Origin: a virus
Virus record (IMG/VR): IMGVR_UViG_3300025122_000005
Coordinates: 96,001-160,000 of that record
Strand: one strand, 5' to 3'
Length of the DNA: 64,000 bases
The translations under genes were made by a program, and so were the position numbers. Below, one piece after another: positions 63,873 through 64,000 of the stretch (positions are counted from its first letter, which is position 1; each line of letters starts with the position of its first letter). The notes under the pieces are model-generated. The model saw nothing but the letters and a program-made list of their open reading frames with translations, ran no database searches and had not been told where the DNA came from.

Positions 63873-64000
63873 ATGCGTTTTGCGCATATTGCGGACACAC
63901 ACATCAGGAATCTGAAATATCATTTTGAATATCGAGAAATTTTTAAGCAACTTTATTCTTCCCTAAAGGAAGAAAACGTCGATTATATTATTCATTGCGG
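63873..64000 (+). CDS. sbcD: SbcD/Mre11/gp47-type recombination nuclease subunit, 3'-truncated by window edge
   Basis: MRFAHIADTHIRNLKYHFEYREIFKQLYSSLKEENVDYIIHC(G): metallophosphoesterase D-x-H motif. Absent from the ORF track. Confidence 0.8.
   Translation, partial: MRFAHIADTHIRNLKYHFEYREIFKQLYSSLKEENVDYIIHC

Noticed and set aside
1-64000. Stop-codon recoding (TAG/TGA read-through) as in some large phages
   Set aside because: Coding density is near complete under the standard code, including 8.7- and 11-kb ORFs, and TAA, TGA and TAG all terminate genes at sensible motif ends.
1-64000. tRNA, rRNA, CRISPR arrays, IS elements, introns/inteins, intrinsic terminators
   Set aside because: Intergenic gaps are under 100 nt and I saw no cloverleaf, regularly spaced repeats, transposase, intein or homing-endonuclease motifs, nor a convincing hairpin-plus-U-tract. 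A by-eye negative, not a computed one.

Overview
The window reads as a fragment of a large (jumbo-type) contractile-tailed phage genome. All convincing genes lie on the + strand, are tightly packed and translate under the standard bacterial code. Three blocks are visible. (1) About 1-20.7 kb: a cluster of about 27 glycan genes, open at the left edge. It holds several GT2 and GT-B glycosyltransferases, a GT9 transferase with split HldE (ADP-heptose) enzymes, WecB, a UDP-sugar dehydrogenase, two SDR epimerases, NeuA/NeuB, and tailoring enzymes (carbamoyl-, two formyl-, two sulfo-, methyltransferases, a PIG-L deacetylase, an SGNH hydrolase). No flippase, polymerase, ABC exporter or initiating transferase is visible. 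(2) About 20.7-61.6 kb: a small block with a sigma-like factor, then a baseplate/tail module (M15-peptidase protein, HxH-tipped spike, gp25- and gp6-like wedge proteins, giant 2.9k- and 3.7k-aa proteins, LamG domains, paralogous pairs). (3) About 61.6-64 kb: J-domain protein, RuvC-like resolvase, primase and the start of an SbcD/Mre11 nuclease. Best candidate for an undescribed system (inference): a phage-encoded cytoplasmic glycosylation pathway. It would be switched on by consensus sigma70 promoters embedded in coding sequence and might make a heptose- and N-formyl-nonulosonate-containing glycan. A possible acceptor is a strongly recurring [S/T]-[G/A]-S motif confined to the beta-rich baseplate proteins. 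All family assignments come from motif recognition by eye and all counts are hand counts; no database search was run.
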